A stretch of 64,000 bases of DNA from a virus: positions 31,774-95,773 of the IMG/VR virus record IMGVR_UViG_3300042332_001447; one strand, given 5' to 3'. The notes under the pieces were generated by a model. It made no database searches, was not told the DNA's origin, and saw only the letters and a program-made list of their open reading frames with translations. A program made the position numbers and the translations under genes. Numbering within the stretch: position 1 is the stretch's first letter; every line of letters starts with the position of its first letter. Positions 10,105 to 20,601 of this stretch are shown piece after piece.

Positions 10105-12276
10105 TTATGAAAGAGAAAACTGCTGGGTGGGCGGAGTAAATGTATTAGTGTACCTCGCAAAATCTTTAGTAACTCTAAAATTATCAATATAACCTTTAAA
10201 AGAATTAGTAGCGGTTTTATACGTCCCTATACTCAAAGATGTAGCGATTATAGGATGTTTGTATAGAACATCTGTTGTAAATTTTTGAGAACCATTTAAA
10301 AAGAAAAACATTTGTCCGTTTTTTCTCGTAACAGCGATATGTTGCCACGAACTTACTACGTTTGTTGCATTTACAGGCATGATTACATCATGACCAGTAT
10401 AAGTGCTATTACAAACACGTAACACGTAAGCGCCTACTGCAGGGGTAACGGAAAGCGATAAACCAGTATTAAAATCGCTGTTATAACCTACATCCGTATA
10501 AGATGTTTGAAATATACCAGTTTCTTTTAAGTTATCTACTTCTTCCCATTGTAACCATGTCTCTACTGTAAAGTCTCCGTTAAAAGTGAGCTCATTAATA
10601 TCAAAAGGATTTACTACAATGAAGCTACTCGATCCTGTGAATTTATAACTATTTGCTTGAAATTTTTTAATACTACTTGAATCTTCAACTGTACCGTAGA
10701 TTTTGATGTCGTTCTTTGCACTTTTGTCGTACGCTTGTATATTATCAAAGTTAAGATATAAAGATGTGTTTGATGTTACAGGTGACGCTGTGAGTTGCGG
10801 TGTAAAGGGTTGAAGCCAGTCAGTACTTGCGTTACAAATTACGTTATTTTTAATAGCGGTATTAGAAACTCTAGCACCGGACACATACCCTTTAAAGAAG
10901 TCTACATAATTAGTATTTACCAATTTTGCGCCAATGGTAGAGTAGTAACTATTAACAACATCGTAAGTAAAGTCTGTACTCGGTGACATGACCGGTGCCC
11001 CGTTTAGATACATCATTAACACAGTGTCTCCAGGAGAGTAGGTACCAGGACCGTGATCAAGAATGTTATTTTTAAATATAACACATAATTGAGACCAGGT
11101 ACTATCGCTATAATCGAACCCATCTAATGCAAACATTCTACTGTATAATTCAGTGTTTACTCCTTGATATTCAAATGTTATAAAGTCTGTATTGGTACCT
11201 ATATCTTTCTGTAGACCTATTGTTATACCTGGGGTATTATTACCATCCCCTCCATATGTTGTGAACAGTGTTTGTGTGGGGTTACTACTCGTCAAACCGT
11301 GTGGATTAAACCACATATCTATACTCCAACTACTAACACCGAAATTAAAATTACTTGTCTGTGATATTAAACAGCTACTACCATCTAACAGAACGCTGCC
11401 CCCGTGTATAGATGGAGTGTAGTTCCGTGTTGGTGGATATGGAGCGTAGGGTGTTAATTGAGTACCTTGCACTGAAAGAGATGTATTAAACGTTAAAGGT
11501 ATCTTACCTCCTTGCTGCAAAGTATTTGTAGTGCTGATTATTTTACTATGATCTCGAAATATAGGTCCTTGGAACAATAATAATGTTGTGTTAATATCTG
11601 GTATAAATTTACTTGAACTAAGGTTAAAATTATCTTCTCCGTATCGGGCTATTTTTGAAACACGAAAGTTTGACATATACCCTATAAAAGAAACAGGGAA
11701 AGTACTATCTGTAGAATTAAACCCACCTATTGTCGGTGCTGTATTGCACGTGATATCAATGCTCTTATAAGTATCTGTTATTTTTTTGCCGTTTATATGT
11801 ACAATAAACCGTACACCTCCTTTACGAGTAACAGCTATATGAAACCAATTTGTTGTTAAAGCCTCGGGTATTACACCCACTACGACGCTTTCATTATTGT
11901 GAAAAAGTGTTATAACTGTTTGGGTGCCTACTATATTGTTTCCTTCATTAAGTTTAAGAGTAATATATAAACCGTTATTAGTTTGTTTATCGTAACTTGA
12001 AAAAATACAGTAACCTGTTGTGTCCCCGGTCTGAGAATTTACAGAGTTATACGTATCTATATTAACCCATGTTTCAATTGTAAAATCGTTTCCTCTAAAG
12101 CTAAAGTCGTCGTTTCTTTGGTTTATGTATATAGGTGACGTATTCTTATTAAAACGCATCGACCAATTTTCATAACTATAAGGAGAAACGCTCGATTGAA
12201 CTGGCTGTCCAAATGGTATTACGGAGACACTATTAGGCGACGTATCTCTAAAAACACTATTTGTTATAAGACTCAT
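10105..12276 (-). CDS. virion protein with three LamG-like domains
   Basis: DFTIETW / WFHIAVTR / FIGYMSNFRVS motifs recur three times. Confidence 0.75.
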   Translation of the reverse strand: MSLITNSVFRDTSPNSVSVIPFGQPVQSSVSPYSYENWSMRFNKNTSPIYINQRNDDFSFRGNDFTIETWVNIDTYNSVNSQTGDTTGYCIFSSYDKQTNNGLYITLKLNEGNNIVGTQTVITLFHNNESVVVGVIPEALTTNWFHIAVTRKGGVRFIVHINGKKITDTYKSIDITCNTAPTIGGFNSTDSTFPVSFIGYMSNFRVSKIARYGEDNFNLSSSKFIPDINTTLLLFQGPIFRDHSKIISTTNTLQQGGKIPLTFNTSLSVQGTQLTPYAPYPPTRNYTPSIHGGSVLLDGSSCLISQTSNFNFGVSSWSIDMWFNPHGLTSSNPTQTLFTTYGGDGNNTPGITIGLQKDIGTNTDFITFEYQGVNTELYSRMFALDGFDYSDSTWSQLCVIFKNNILDHGPGTYSPGDTVLMMYLNGAPVMSPSTDFTYDVVNSYYSTIGAKLVNTNYVDFFKGYVSGARVSNTAIKNNVICNASTDWLQPFTPQLTASPVTSNTSLYLNFDNIQAYDKSAKNDIKIYGTVEDSSSIKKFQANSYKFTGSSSFIVVNPFDINELTFNGDFTVETWLQWEEVDNLKETGIFQTSYTDVGYNSDFNTGLSLSVTPAVGAYVLRVCNSTYTGHDVIMPVNATNVVSSWQHIAVTRKNGQMFFFLNGSQKFTTDVLYKHPIIATSLSIGTYKTATNSFKGYIDNFRVTKDFARYTNTFTPPTQQFSLS

Positions 12277-12304
12277 GCATATAATTATGGTAAACTCTCG
12301 AGAA

Positions 12305-12763
12305 CTAAAGCGAAAGAATTAAGCCAGTATACATGTTGTTGTTATATAGATAAGGTGTATTATACGAGTTGAGTAAGAATGACGTACGTGGTTGACGAAG
12401 TAGTATGGATGTATACGTTGGTATTGCTACTTCCTGATTTACCTCAGGGGATTCCGTAACACCGGCTACTGTTAGACTGAACGGTGTACCAGCTATTGCG
12501 GTTATGGTTAGTGGAGTAGTAATGTTTATCGGTACTGCTGCTCCGTTTGGAGTAAACACGCACGCCCTCTCTAAACTGTATATATCTGTTCTTTTTATTC
12601 TTAATTCGATTATATGTTCCTGAGAAAGATTGTTTCTACCTATAAAAGAGTATACTACCTGTTTTTTAAGAGTATCGTAACTTATAACGGGTCTATCAAT
12701 TTCAATGAATTTAAAATTAGCAAGTTGTGCTAAAAGCGTACTGTCATTTGTTATATTTGTCAT
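12305..12763 (-). CDS. hypothetical virion protein
   Basis: 152-aa ORF overlapping the stop of the upstream gene (ATGA). Confidence 0.5.
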   Translation of the reverse strand: MTNITNDSTLLAQLANFKFIEIDRPVISYDTLKKQVVYSFIGRNNLSQEHIIELRIKRTDIYSLERACVFTPNGAAVPINITTPLTITAIAGTPFSLTVAGVTESPEVNQEVAIPTYTSILLRQPRTSFLLNSYNTPYLYNNNMYTGLILSL

Positions 12764-15700
12764 ACAGGGAACACTCTTTCTAAAGTTTCTTTTGAAATAT
12801 CAAGCTCGTAAATAGTTGGTAGTACATTACTTCCACTTAACTCACATACGCTTACTAATACAATTTTTTGTTCTGGAAAAAACCACGTATCTCCAACTAC
12901 AGCTAAAGGTGTACTTGCTAAATTTATTCGTGCAAATTCTCTACTGAGATTAGTAGTCACAGGGCACGGTAATGAGAGTGTGTGAGAACTATCTACAAAA
13001 CTGTAAATATTATCATCCTCGTAGCTGTATATTATTTTTTCAAAAATAACCGTGTTTGTAGTTTCGATATAGAGCGTGTCAAAAAACACATCTATTTTCT
13101 TAATACCATTACCTGTTAAATCAGCATATACACTTAACCCTTTATATGTATCAAAAACAGAATCTAAAGCAATATACGCTGGCTGTACGATTTGAGAATT
13201 TTTTCTTACCCATAATTCCCCGAGAACATTTTTTTGAGAGTAAAAATCAACTCCTGCTATATCTTTAAAAAGAGCGTACTGATTACCAAAAATATCTGTA
13301 GACCAATTATATATTCTTTTTTTTGTATTTTTTAATTGCTGAGAATCAACCCAGTTATCTATATTGAATACCCCTGTGAAGCTTCTCGGGGCATTAAGAG
13401 AATCTATCCACTTTTCATCTCGAGTACCACCCCAGGGGGTTAGCTTACTATTGGTTGTTACAAGCCCGTATTGTTTGTTTTTTACAGATTCTGAACTAGG
13501 TTGATATGGTATAAATTTTTGATATTTTTTAATTGCCTCTCGGTTTACGTTACCTGCAAGTTCCCCGGTAATAAACGAATCTTTTAACCATGTTGCGTTT
13601 TCTTGTAAATCTTTATAAGGCGTTATGTGATCGTGTTTTGACACACTTCTACCTGCAAAATGTACATTAACATCTTCAAAATCACTGGTAAGAGCGCTAG
13701 AGGTTGTACCGAGATTGAATGTATAGTCTTTAGAGTTGTACAAACTCGTACCTAGATTATTAGGTAGAAAGTATCCGCCAGTATCTTTTTGAGCGTATAT
13801 ACTCTCAAGAGTAGGCATACGCGCAACTGTAGGTGTAAATCTATTAGCAAAATGTGCCCATGGACGAGTAGCGTTGTAGCTTATATTTGCTGTATTTTCT
13901 GTAGTAATGGTTTTAAGTACTTGTGGTACAGCTGTTATATTCCATGTAAATGTGTTTATCGCGTTATAATAAATCTCTACAGGTTCGTTGTTAACAATAT
14001 TTGTTAACGTTATAGGCGAAGGACTTGAAAGCGGTATTACTACTAAATCAATGTTATCTCTTAGATTATCAATAACCCCTTGTAGCTTTGTAGTACTCGT
14101 GACTGTGAAATTAAGCGTGCACCATTGTTTTTCGTTAACCTCTATTTTTCTTTCTAGAGGTTGTTTCCATACTAATAGATTGTTATACTTTCTTTCATAT
14201 TCAACATATTGACCTGTCTCAAGCAAGATAGTTGAAATGTCAGGCTGAGTGATAAAATTATATGTGTCGTATACTTTTATCGGTATGCCCCAACTTTCTG
14301 TACCCTTAAAATCAGTTTTATTCGATTTATCTGTATAAGCTTTTGCCCAGAATGGTCTTGCACCTGGAGTTGTTGTAAATTTTTGCGCAAATGAGTTATA
14401 ATCCCAACCGAAGAGATCAGTGTTTAAAATAAACCCTGGAACCGGAGTGTCTATAGCTGTTAAGGATGTTGCTTCCTGTAATAAAGGTACAGCAGTTATA
14501 GAGGGTATATTATTAAAAGTATATAGCCCAGTTGTACCGGGTGTATATATTGCACCTCCAGTAGCGTTAAATGTGAAAGTTGTCTGGTTACCTGTTAACG
14601 CTACTACTGAGACCTTATATTCACCAGTAATAACCGGAGTAAACGAGAATCCAGCTACGTCATTATAAGTTGCTACCGTGCCAGATGGATCGGTTAAACT
14701 CCAGCTCTTAACGCTTAAAATACGATCTCTATTTAAAAGCGGTATCCCTCCAGGTATAATTGCTGCAGCTGCAGCTGGGTCTGTAAAAGAGTTATTAGGG
14801 TACGTTACGTAAACTGTCTGGGTAATATTTGTAATAGGACTGCTAGGGTCTACAATAGTTAAATAGTCGTAGTTAGACCATAGGCTTCCTTTATTTTCTG
14901 TTATTGTTAGTTGTTGAAGGTTATTACCTGTAATCTGGAAAGAAGTCGTACTCGCTTTTTCGTATATAAGTAAGTCTTCTTGATTTAGGATCATATCAGA
15001 AGCGATCCCGGTATTATACCAAACATTATCTACTTTCTTTGCCTTTACCCAGGTTTTTTCTCGAATGTCTGAATATTTGTGTCTTAGCGTGAGAGATGGT
15101 AAATTACTTGTACTATTATCTATAGCTTTTAAGTTCGGTCTATAAAAACAATACGGCTTACCTTTTACCAATCTTGGTATACCGCCAGGTATACCAGATA
15201 TCCACTTACCGTCTCCGAAACCTGTTTTACTGTTCGTTTTATACCATGCAAACGCTAAACTGTTTTTATAGTTATTATTAGCTGTATCTCTCCAATCAAG
15301 AAGTACAAACACGTCTTCAAGTTTTAAAATTCCGGTATCTTCAAAGATAATATCTGCATAGCTGTTATTATCTGTTACTGTTGCTCCTGCGTGACCGAAT
15401 GGCGAGAAATGCACTGCTCCGCAGGTACATTTACTGAAATCTGTATACGTTAAAGTTTTATCTGTTACATACGGACAATCATCTTGATGAGCATAAGTTT
15501 TAAAGACTGTGTTTATATCCGTCTGAGTCGTACCATCCCATATAAATCTCGTGAGGGTACCTGCTTCTCCTATGAGATTTAAACTAGTCTGTCTTGTAAA
15601 TATAAAACCAGATTGTTTTATATTTACGCCTGATAGCCATGCACACTCCGTGGCTTGTTCTTTAGTGTGTTTGTAGTTTGTGATCTTATACACTACATCT

Positions 15701-17325
15701 GCACTAGTTATAGCGTCAGAGGCTGTACTAAAGGGCAATTCTATACTCGTGAGCGATTTTTGATTGCAAATAAAAACATCTTTCGGGTAATAATCTGGAA
15801 AAGTTTCTTCTTTATTAACTCTCTCGTATGGCCAATAAATAACGTTTTCTCCAGGGGCAATCGGTATATCAGTACGGGTAAACCGGTACAGCCAAGCTTG
15901 ATTCGATTCTCCTTTATAGGATGATTCAAACGTATATGGCGGTACTTGCCATGTACGCATCTTATCAGCATTTGTGTAATTGGTACTCGCAAACGCCTTA
16001 CAGTCTATTAAGGAGGTATTATTTATTGCTACCGGTACTACTGTCGTAAGTGTGTGATTGAAATTCCAATACGCATACTCAACACTTTTTTTAAAAGAAT
16101 TATCTAGGTAAAAAAACTCCGAAGTAAAGGTCATAGATGGCCCTGTCCATTCCATATTTTCGCTTGACAGTCCGTAACCTGGATACGGAAAAATAAAGGA
16201 TGTTTTTTTGCTACTATCGATATATGAAATCATATCGACGTCTACGGTGTTATACTGTTTTAGCTGTAACCACGCACCTTCTACTCCGTTCGCTGTCTTA
16301 ACAAAAATAGTATCTGCACCTTCAATACTTACCCCTGCTGTACCTAATGTTTCTATATCCGTAGCTGTTAACGGCTGAGGCACATATCTTGTATCACTAA
16401 TGACCTCAGATCTATAAACTCCCACTGGCCACAAAAAGAAATTATTACCTGTATTAATATCGATACTATAATTCTCTACGTTCTGGGTTTGATTTATTAG
16501 ATCGCTTATGTAGTGATCTTGACCTGCGTATTTTGCTAAATACTCCGTAGCAATATCTAGTCCTGTGTCTGGGTTAAATAAGTCTCCTGTAAGGGTGATA
16601 TTATTAGTAAATAGCCATTCAAGCTCAGGCAAATTAAGATCTTTTGTTTTAAAAAACTTCTTTGTAGTAGAATCATTTAAATCAAAATACGCAGAAACCG
16701 GCATCGTACTACTATGATCAAAATAGCTATGATCATCGTAAATTTCTTCTACCTGGGCAACTAAGGTATCTTTTGTAGCACTTAAATCTGGTATATTTGC
16801 GAAAATATAGGAAGGGATATGTAATGTGTTGTACTCGGATTTTGAGAAGTTACTAAGTACATGTTCCTTTGAATCTAGAATAAACCCTGTACCTGTACCA
16901 CCTATGTTATATTGTAGTTTTGATCTTTTAAGTTTTTTACGTAGTTCAATGTAATATAATGATATTTCTTTTAATTTTTTTGCAAAAAAAGGTATAGCTA
17001 GTAAAACTTCTCGTTCGCTACTAAAATTAATAAAATTATACCATTTTTCTTTTTCTTCTTGCGTAAAAAAGACCTGTAACTGTTTTAATAATGATAAATA
17101 GCGAACTTTAAGATCATTAGTTTTTTCATTTATAAAAGTATCTTTTTTCGCTGTATACCAATCGGTGAGGTATTGATTGTATAGCGTGTACTCTTGACCC
17201 GGTATAATACCAACTCTCGTATTAACCCAATCTTTAAACGACAAAGGATCTTCTATATCGTGAGCTTTTGCCGTTGTGCTTATCGGGGCTGCATAAATTG
17301 AGAGATGTTGTTTATTAGTTTCCAC
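12760..17325 (-). CDS. large baseplate/tail structural protein (1521 aa)
   Basis: long ORF with GTG start, downstream of the baseplate wedge genes; family not recognised. Confidence 0.6.
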   Translation of the reverse strand: METNKQHLSIYAAPISTTAKAHDIEDPLSFKDWVNTRVGIIPGQEYTLYNQYLTDWYTAKKDTFINEKTNDLKVRYLSLLKQLQVFFTQEEKEKWYNFINFSSEREVLLAIPFFAKKLKEISLYYIELRKKLKRSKLQYNIGGTGTGFILDSKEHVLSNFSKSEYNTLHIPSYIFANIPDLSATKDTLVAQVEEIYDDHSYFDHSSTMPVSAYFDLNDSTTKKFFKTKDLNLPELEWLFTNNITLTGDLFNPDTGLDIATEYLAKYAGQDHYISDLINQTQNVENYSIDINTGNNFFLWPVGVYRSEVISDTRYVPQPLTATDIETLGTAGVSIEGADTIFVKTANGVEGAWLQLKQYNTVDVDMISYIDSSKKTSFIFPYPGYGLSSENMEWTGPSMTFTSEFFYLDNSFKKSVEYAYWNFNHTLTTVVPVAINNTSLIDCKAFASTNYTNADKMRTWQVPPYTFESSYKGESNQAWLYRFTRTDIPIAPGENVIYWPYERVNKEETFPDYYPKDVFICNQKSLTSIELPFSTASDAITSADVVYKITNYKHTKEQATECAWLSGVNIKQSGFIFTRQTSLNLIGEAGTLTRFIWDGTTQTDINTVFKTYAHQDDCPYVTDKTLTYTDFSKCTCGAVHFSPFGHAGATVTDNNSYADIIFEDTGILKLEDVFVLLDWRDTANNNYKNSLAFAWYKTNSKTGFGDGKWISGIPGGIPRLVKGKPYCFYRPNLKAIDNSTSNLPSLTLRHKYSDIREKTWVKAKKVDNVWYNTGIASDMILNQEDLLIYEKASTTSFQITGNNLQQLTITENKGSLWSNYDYLTIVDPSSPITNITQTVYVTYPNNSFTDPAAAAAIIPGGIPLLNRDRILSVKSWSLTDPSGTVATYNDVAGFSFTPVITGEYKVSVVALTGNQTTFTFNATGGAIYTPGTTGLYTFNNIPSITAVPLLQEATSLTAIDTPVPGFILNTDLFGWDYNSFAQKFTTTPGARPFWAKAYTDKSNKTDFKGTESWGIPIKVYDTYNFITQPDISTILLETGQYVEYERKYNNLLVWKQPLERKIEVNEKQWCTLNFTVTSTTKLQGVIDNLRDNIDLVVIPLSSPSPITLTNIVNNEPVEIYYNAINTFTWNITAVPQVLKTITTENTANISYNATRPWAHFANRFTPTVARMPTLESIYAQKDTGGYFLPNNLGTSLYNSKDYTFNLGTTSSALTSDFEDVNVHFAGRSVSKHDHITPYKDLQENATWLKDSFITGELAGNVNREAIKKYQKFIPYQPSSESVKNKQYGLVTTNSKLTPWGGTRDEKWIDSLNAPRSFTGVFNIDNWVDSQQLKNTKKRIYNWSTDIFGNQYALFKDIAGVDFYSQKNVLGELWVRKNSQIVQPAYIALDSVFDTYKGLSVYADLTGNGIKKIDVFFDTLYIETTNTVIFEKIIYSYEDDNIYSFVDSSHTLSLPCPVTTNLSREFARINLASTPLAVVGDTWFFPEQKIVLVSVCELSGSNVLPTIYELDISKETLERVFPV

Positions 17326-17338
17326 GCTATATAAGTAT

Positions 17339-20300
17339 TTAAGTGTCGGGGAATAAATTTTTTGTTATAAGGTAATTAAAAGTGTTTTCTACAACTCCGG
17401 TTTCGCTATACCAATCTCTTTTACTAGATAAATTATAGCTTAAAGCAGTGTATTCATTATTCCAATCTATTATATTTTCTATGTATACTGCATTACCTTC
17501 TATTTCTGTAGACGGGTAGACGGGAACGTAATCATAAAATAAATAATTTACTGTTATTGGTTGTGCAAACCCTGTTCCGTCTAACGCTGTTAGCGGGTAT
17601 ACAGTTAGTCCTGATAATAACGGTATAGTTATTAGTGTGTAATCTGAACTAAATTTATTTTGTAAAAATATTTTCTTCCCCGCAGTTAATATAGCGGTTT
17701 CTGTGTTTAGAATTTTTCCAACACTCTTTGAGATAATAGGTATTGAATCTTTAACTCCGCGTATCTTTTCTTTAGGTACAGAAAAGAGGTCTAAAGCTTT
17801 TTTAATTTCTGCTGGAAGAGCGTGGGTGTATTCTATATTTTCTACATCTGTAGCGTTACAGTGAGATATAAGCTGCTCGACAGAACAAACGTCTAAATCC
17901 GCGTGCTGCGGTACAAAGCGAGCTATCCTTTCGTAAATCTTTTCACCTAAATCTTCGTTTACACTTGGTACACTATTACCTACAACTGCTCCAAAAAAAT
18001 CATCAAATAAAAAATCATTACTTTTTAAGTGCTCAGGTAACGCCAGATCTTTATATTCTTTTGCCGTGTTAAAATTTTCATCTACTGTTTTTACTCTAAA
18101 ACTGCTATTAAAATCGTACACAGTAAAAGGATCTGATACACCTGTTAAAAAAGCATCATCTGCTCCATATTTCTGTAACCACCTATTACCTGACCAATCA
18201 CCAGTGGCTTGAGCTGATTTGTAATATGGACTAGATAAAACAGTTGTTATTGCAGTTGTAATGTTAGGAGCGTAACCTATGATAGAATCTGGTAAGATCT
18301 TTATTTGTTTGCCTGTTAAGGTTGCTATAGTTGTCGAGTCCGTGGTGAGTAAGTGAACTATATTTTTTTGAGAATCTATTACCCAGAGTCTATTGAGAGC
18401 GTCTATTGTGAGACCGCCTAGCTCTTCATCTTCGGAAATGTATAGATCTATATTAGGGTTAGGTATAGGTATCTGTTTAAAACTATCTAATATTCCGTTT
18501 GACGTTAACGTCCAGGAAGAAGTCGCATACGTAGTTGAGTCTATATAACCTAATTCTCTAAACCCGTGTGTAAACCACGCATTTGCATCTTTATCTAGCA
18601 TTATATAACTCGGTCTCGAAAACCCGGTTATAGTGTTTACAAGAGTGCCGTCACTCTTGTAGTATTGTATATTACCCCCCGTTGGAGTGGAGTGCATGGT
18701 GTTTGTCACCCATACTCCATTGGACGGAGAAACAGCAACTCCTACAGGTATGCTGTTTATCGGTAAGTCGATTTTATATAACACGCTACCGAACTGATCG
18801 TATTTAAAAAGAGCACTACATAAGGGCTGAGCGTAAGTTACCCATATGTTGTTAAGTTTATCTGTTTCTGCAACTGGGGGTTTAAAAAGCCACTCATCTT
18901 CCTGTATAATATTGTACCCGTCATTCGGGCATGCAGCTAAAAGATAATTAAAATCTTTATCAAATTTAAGCACAGATACTGAATTAAAAAGCGTAATCCA
19001 TATATTGTAGTTTTTATCTATACTCAAATAACTAGGAGTTAACGCAATATCTTCCTGATAACCTATAGCTAGCGTACTACCGGTGCTTGTAACTATACCT
19101 GAACCGTTAGAGAGTGTTAGTCCGCCGCTTGATATTCTTAATTTTAAAGCACTAAGTAGAACTCCAGAGCTATTATATTTATAAATCGTATCACTCTCTG
19201 CATCTGCAGCTAATAGGTCTTGCTCTCTTATATCAACTGCTAAACCATAGACACCTGAAAAACCAGTGAGATTATAATTTTCTGTGCTCGTGGAGGATAT
19301 AAGCGGTACTCTTGTTGTAAGCATCGCACCATCAACCAAAGATCCGTTATTTTTTGCAGCTTTTATTGCGGAACAACTCTCTGTGTACGGTACAACCGTA
19401 ACTCTATGAAGAGTGTTCGATTCAGGGTTCGATACCCATGTGTAGGTTGGTATACTGTAACCAAACGGTTTGGAGAATTTTGTAGCTGTTAAATTTAGAT
19501 TAGAGGTTACTGTTGCAATAACCGCGGTATTAGTTACGGGTTCTAAAGGTATAATATCTGCATAAACATATCCGCCTGTATACGAGCCGTTTGCATCTGT
19601 AGATTGAAAATGTATAGATGGTTGAACAACTTTATACGCAGAAGCTGGTACTCCTTGTAAGGACAAATCAACACTCGTTTTCAACCCTCTAGCGTTTGTG
19701 CCTGGGTGAGAGTATAAAATACCAGATTGACCAGCAGATAACTGTACTTGATCTGTTAAGTGACTGTGAGATGTTATTAATACCGGTATTTTTTTATTAA
19801 CCCATTTTACAGGGTGTACCTTATCTAAATAGTTACCAGTGACTTTGAGATAATCAGGTGGCACTGGGTTAACCTGCCATAATATAGTGGTGTATGTAAC
19901 TTTACTGTTAGCAAAGCTAGGGTATATATACCTCGGAGAATCAGTAGGATTGTAGAAACTTGACGGTAAGAGTGTTAGAGTGAGCATTAGTGCACAATCT
20001 CCGTTAAGAGGATCGACGCCTAGATCATCTATATAATAAAATTCTGCAGTACCTGTAGATCCTACTATCTTAGAATTACAATAAACAGGTGTCGTTTTGA
20101 CAGGTAATTCAGTTATTATTTGATGATTTGAATCTGTGAATCTCCAAGTAGGAACTAAAAATTCCCATTTTTTGGAAACAAAATTATACGGGGTAGAGTT
20201 TGAATTAGAGGAAAATAACTGTATATGTAGAGTATCGCTAATTTGGGCAGAAGTAACTGAAACTACAAACGGTTTCGTAGTTGGTATACCTGGTTTAGAG

Positions 20301-20599
20301 AATGTCGGGGGTATTTGAGTAATTTCTATTAAATCTCTAATAAAATAATCCGCGGTAACGGATAAAACACTCGTACTCTGTTGCCCGCTTGAGTCTGTAG
20401 CTTGTAACTGTACGTTGTAGATGCCCGGGTAGGTGTAGGTATGAGTAACCGCATTGGTGTTATACGTAACATTACCGTCTCCGAGGTCCCAAAAATAGTT
20501 AACAACTGGTAGAGTGCTTACCGTTGTATCTGTAAACACAAAATCAGTACAACCAACAATACCTGTAGTAAAATTTGCACTAAAGTTAGCAGCAATCAT
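17339..20599 (-). CDS. baseplate-associated protein with N-terminal PKD domain and NHL/Vgb-like beta-propeller
   Basis: YFWDLGDG...THTYTYPGIYNV PKD motif; repeated xxDxxxNxWxT propeller blades; occupies the gp7 position after gp6. Confidence 0.65.
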   Translation of the reverse strand: MIAANFSANFTTGIVGCTDFVFTDTTVSTLPVVNYFWDLGDGNVTYNTNAVTHTYTYPGIYNVQLQATDSSGQQSTSVLSVTADYFIRDLIEITQIPPTFSKPGIPTTKPFVVSVTSAQISDTLHIQLFSSNSNSTPYNFVSKKWEFLVPTWRFTDSNHQIITELPVKTTPVYCNSKIVGSTGTAEFYYIDDLGVDPLNGDCALMLTLTLLPSSFYNPTDSPRYIYPSFANSKVTYTTILWQVNPVPPDYLKVTGNYLDKVHPVKWVNKKIPVLITSHSHLTDQVQLSAGQSGILYSHPGTNARGLKTSVDLSLQGVPASAYKVVQPSIHFQSTDANGSYTGGYVYADIIPLEPVTNTAVIATVTSNLNLTATKFSKPFGYSIPTYTWVSNPESNTLHRVTVVPYTESCSAIKAAKNNGSLVDGAMLTTRVPLISSTSTENYNLTGFSGVYGLAVDIREQDLLAADAESDTIYKYNSSGVLLSALKLRISSGGLTLSNGSGIVTSTGSTLAIGYQEDIALTPSYLSIDKNYNIWITLFNSVSVLKFDKDFNYLLAACPNDGYNIIQEDEWLFKPPVAETDKLNNIWVTYAQPLCSALFKYDQFGSVLYKIDLPINSIPVGVAVSPSNGVWVTNTMHSTPTGGNIQYYKSDGTLVNTITGFSRPSYIMLDKDANAWFTHGFRELGYIDSTTYATSSWTLTSNGILDSFKQIPIPNPNIDLYISEDEELGGLTIDALNRLWVIDSQKNIVHLLTTDSTTIATLTGKQIKILPDSIIGYAPNITTAITTVLSSPYYKSAQATGDWSGNRWLQKYGADDAFLTGVSDPFTVYDFNSSFRVKTVDENFNTAKEYKDLALPEHLKSNDFLFDDFFGAVVGNSVPSVNEDLGEKIYERIARFVPQHADLDVCSVEQLISHCNATDVENIEYTHALPAEIKKALDLFSVPKEKIRGVKDSIPIISKSVGKILNTETAILTAGKKIFLQNKFSSDYTLITIPLLSGLTVYPLTALDGTGFAQPITVNYLFYDYVPVYPSTEIEGNAVYIENIIDWNNEYTALSYNLSSKRDWYSETGVVENTFNYLITKNLFPDT

Positions 20600-20601
20600 A
20601 A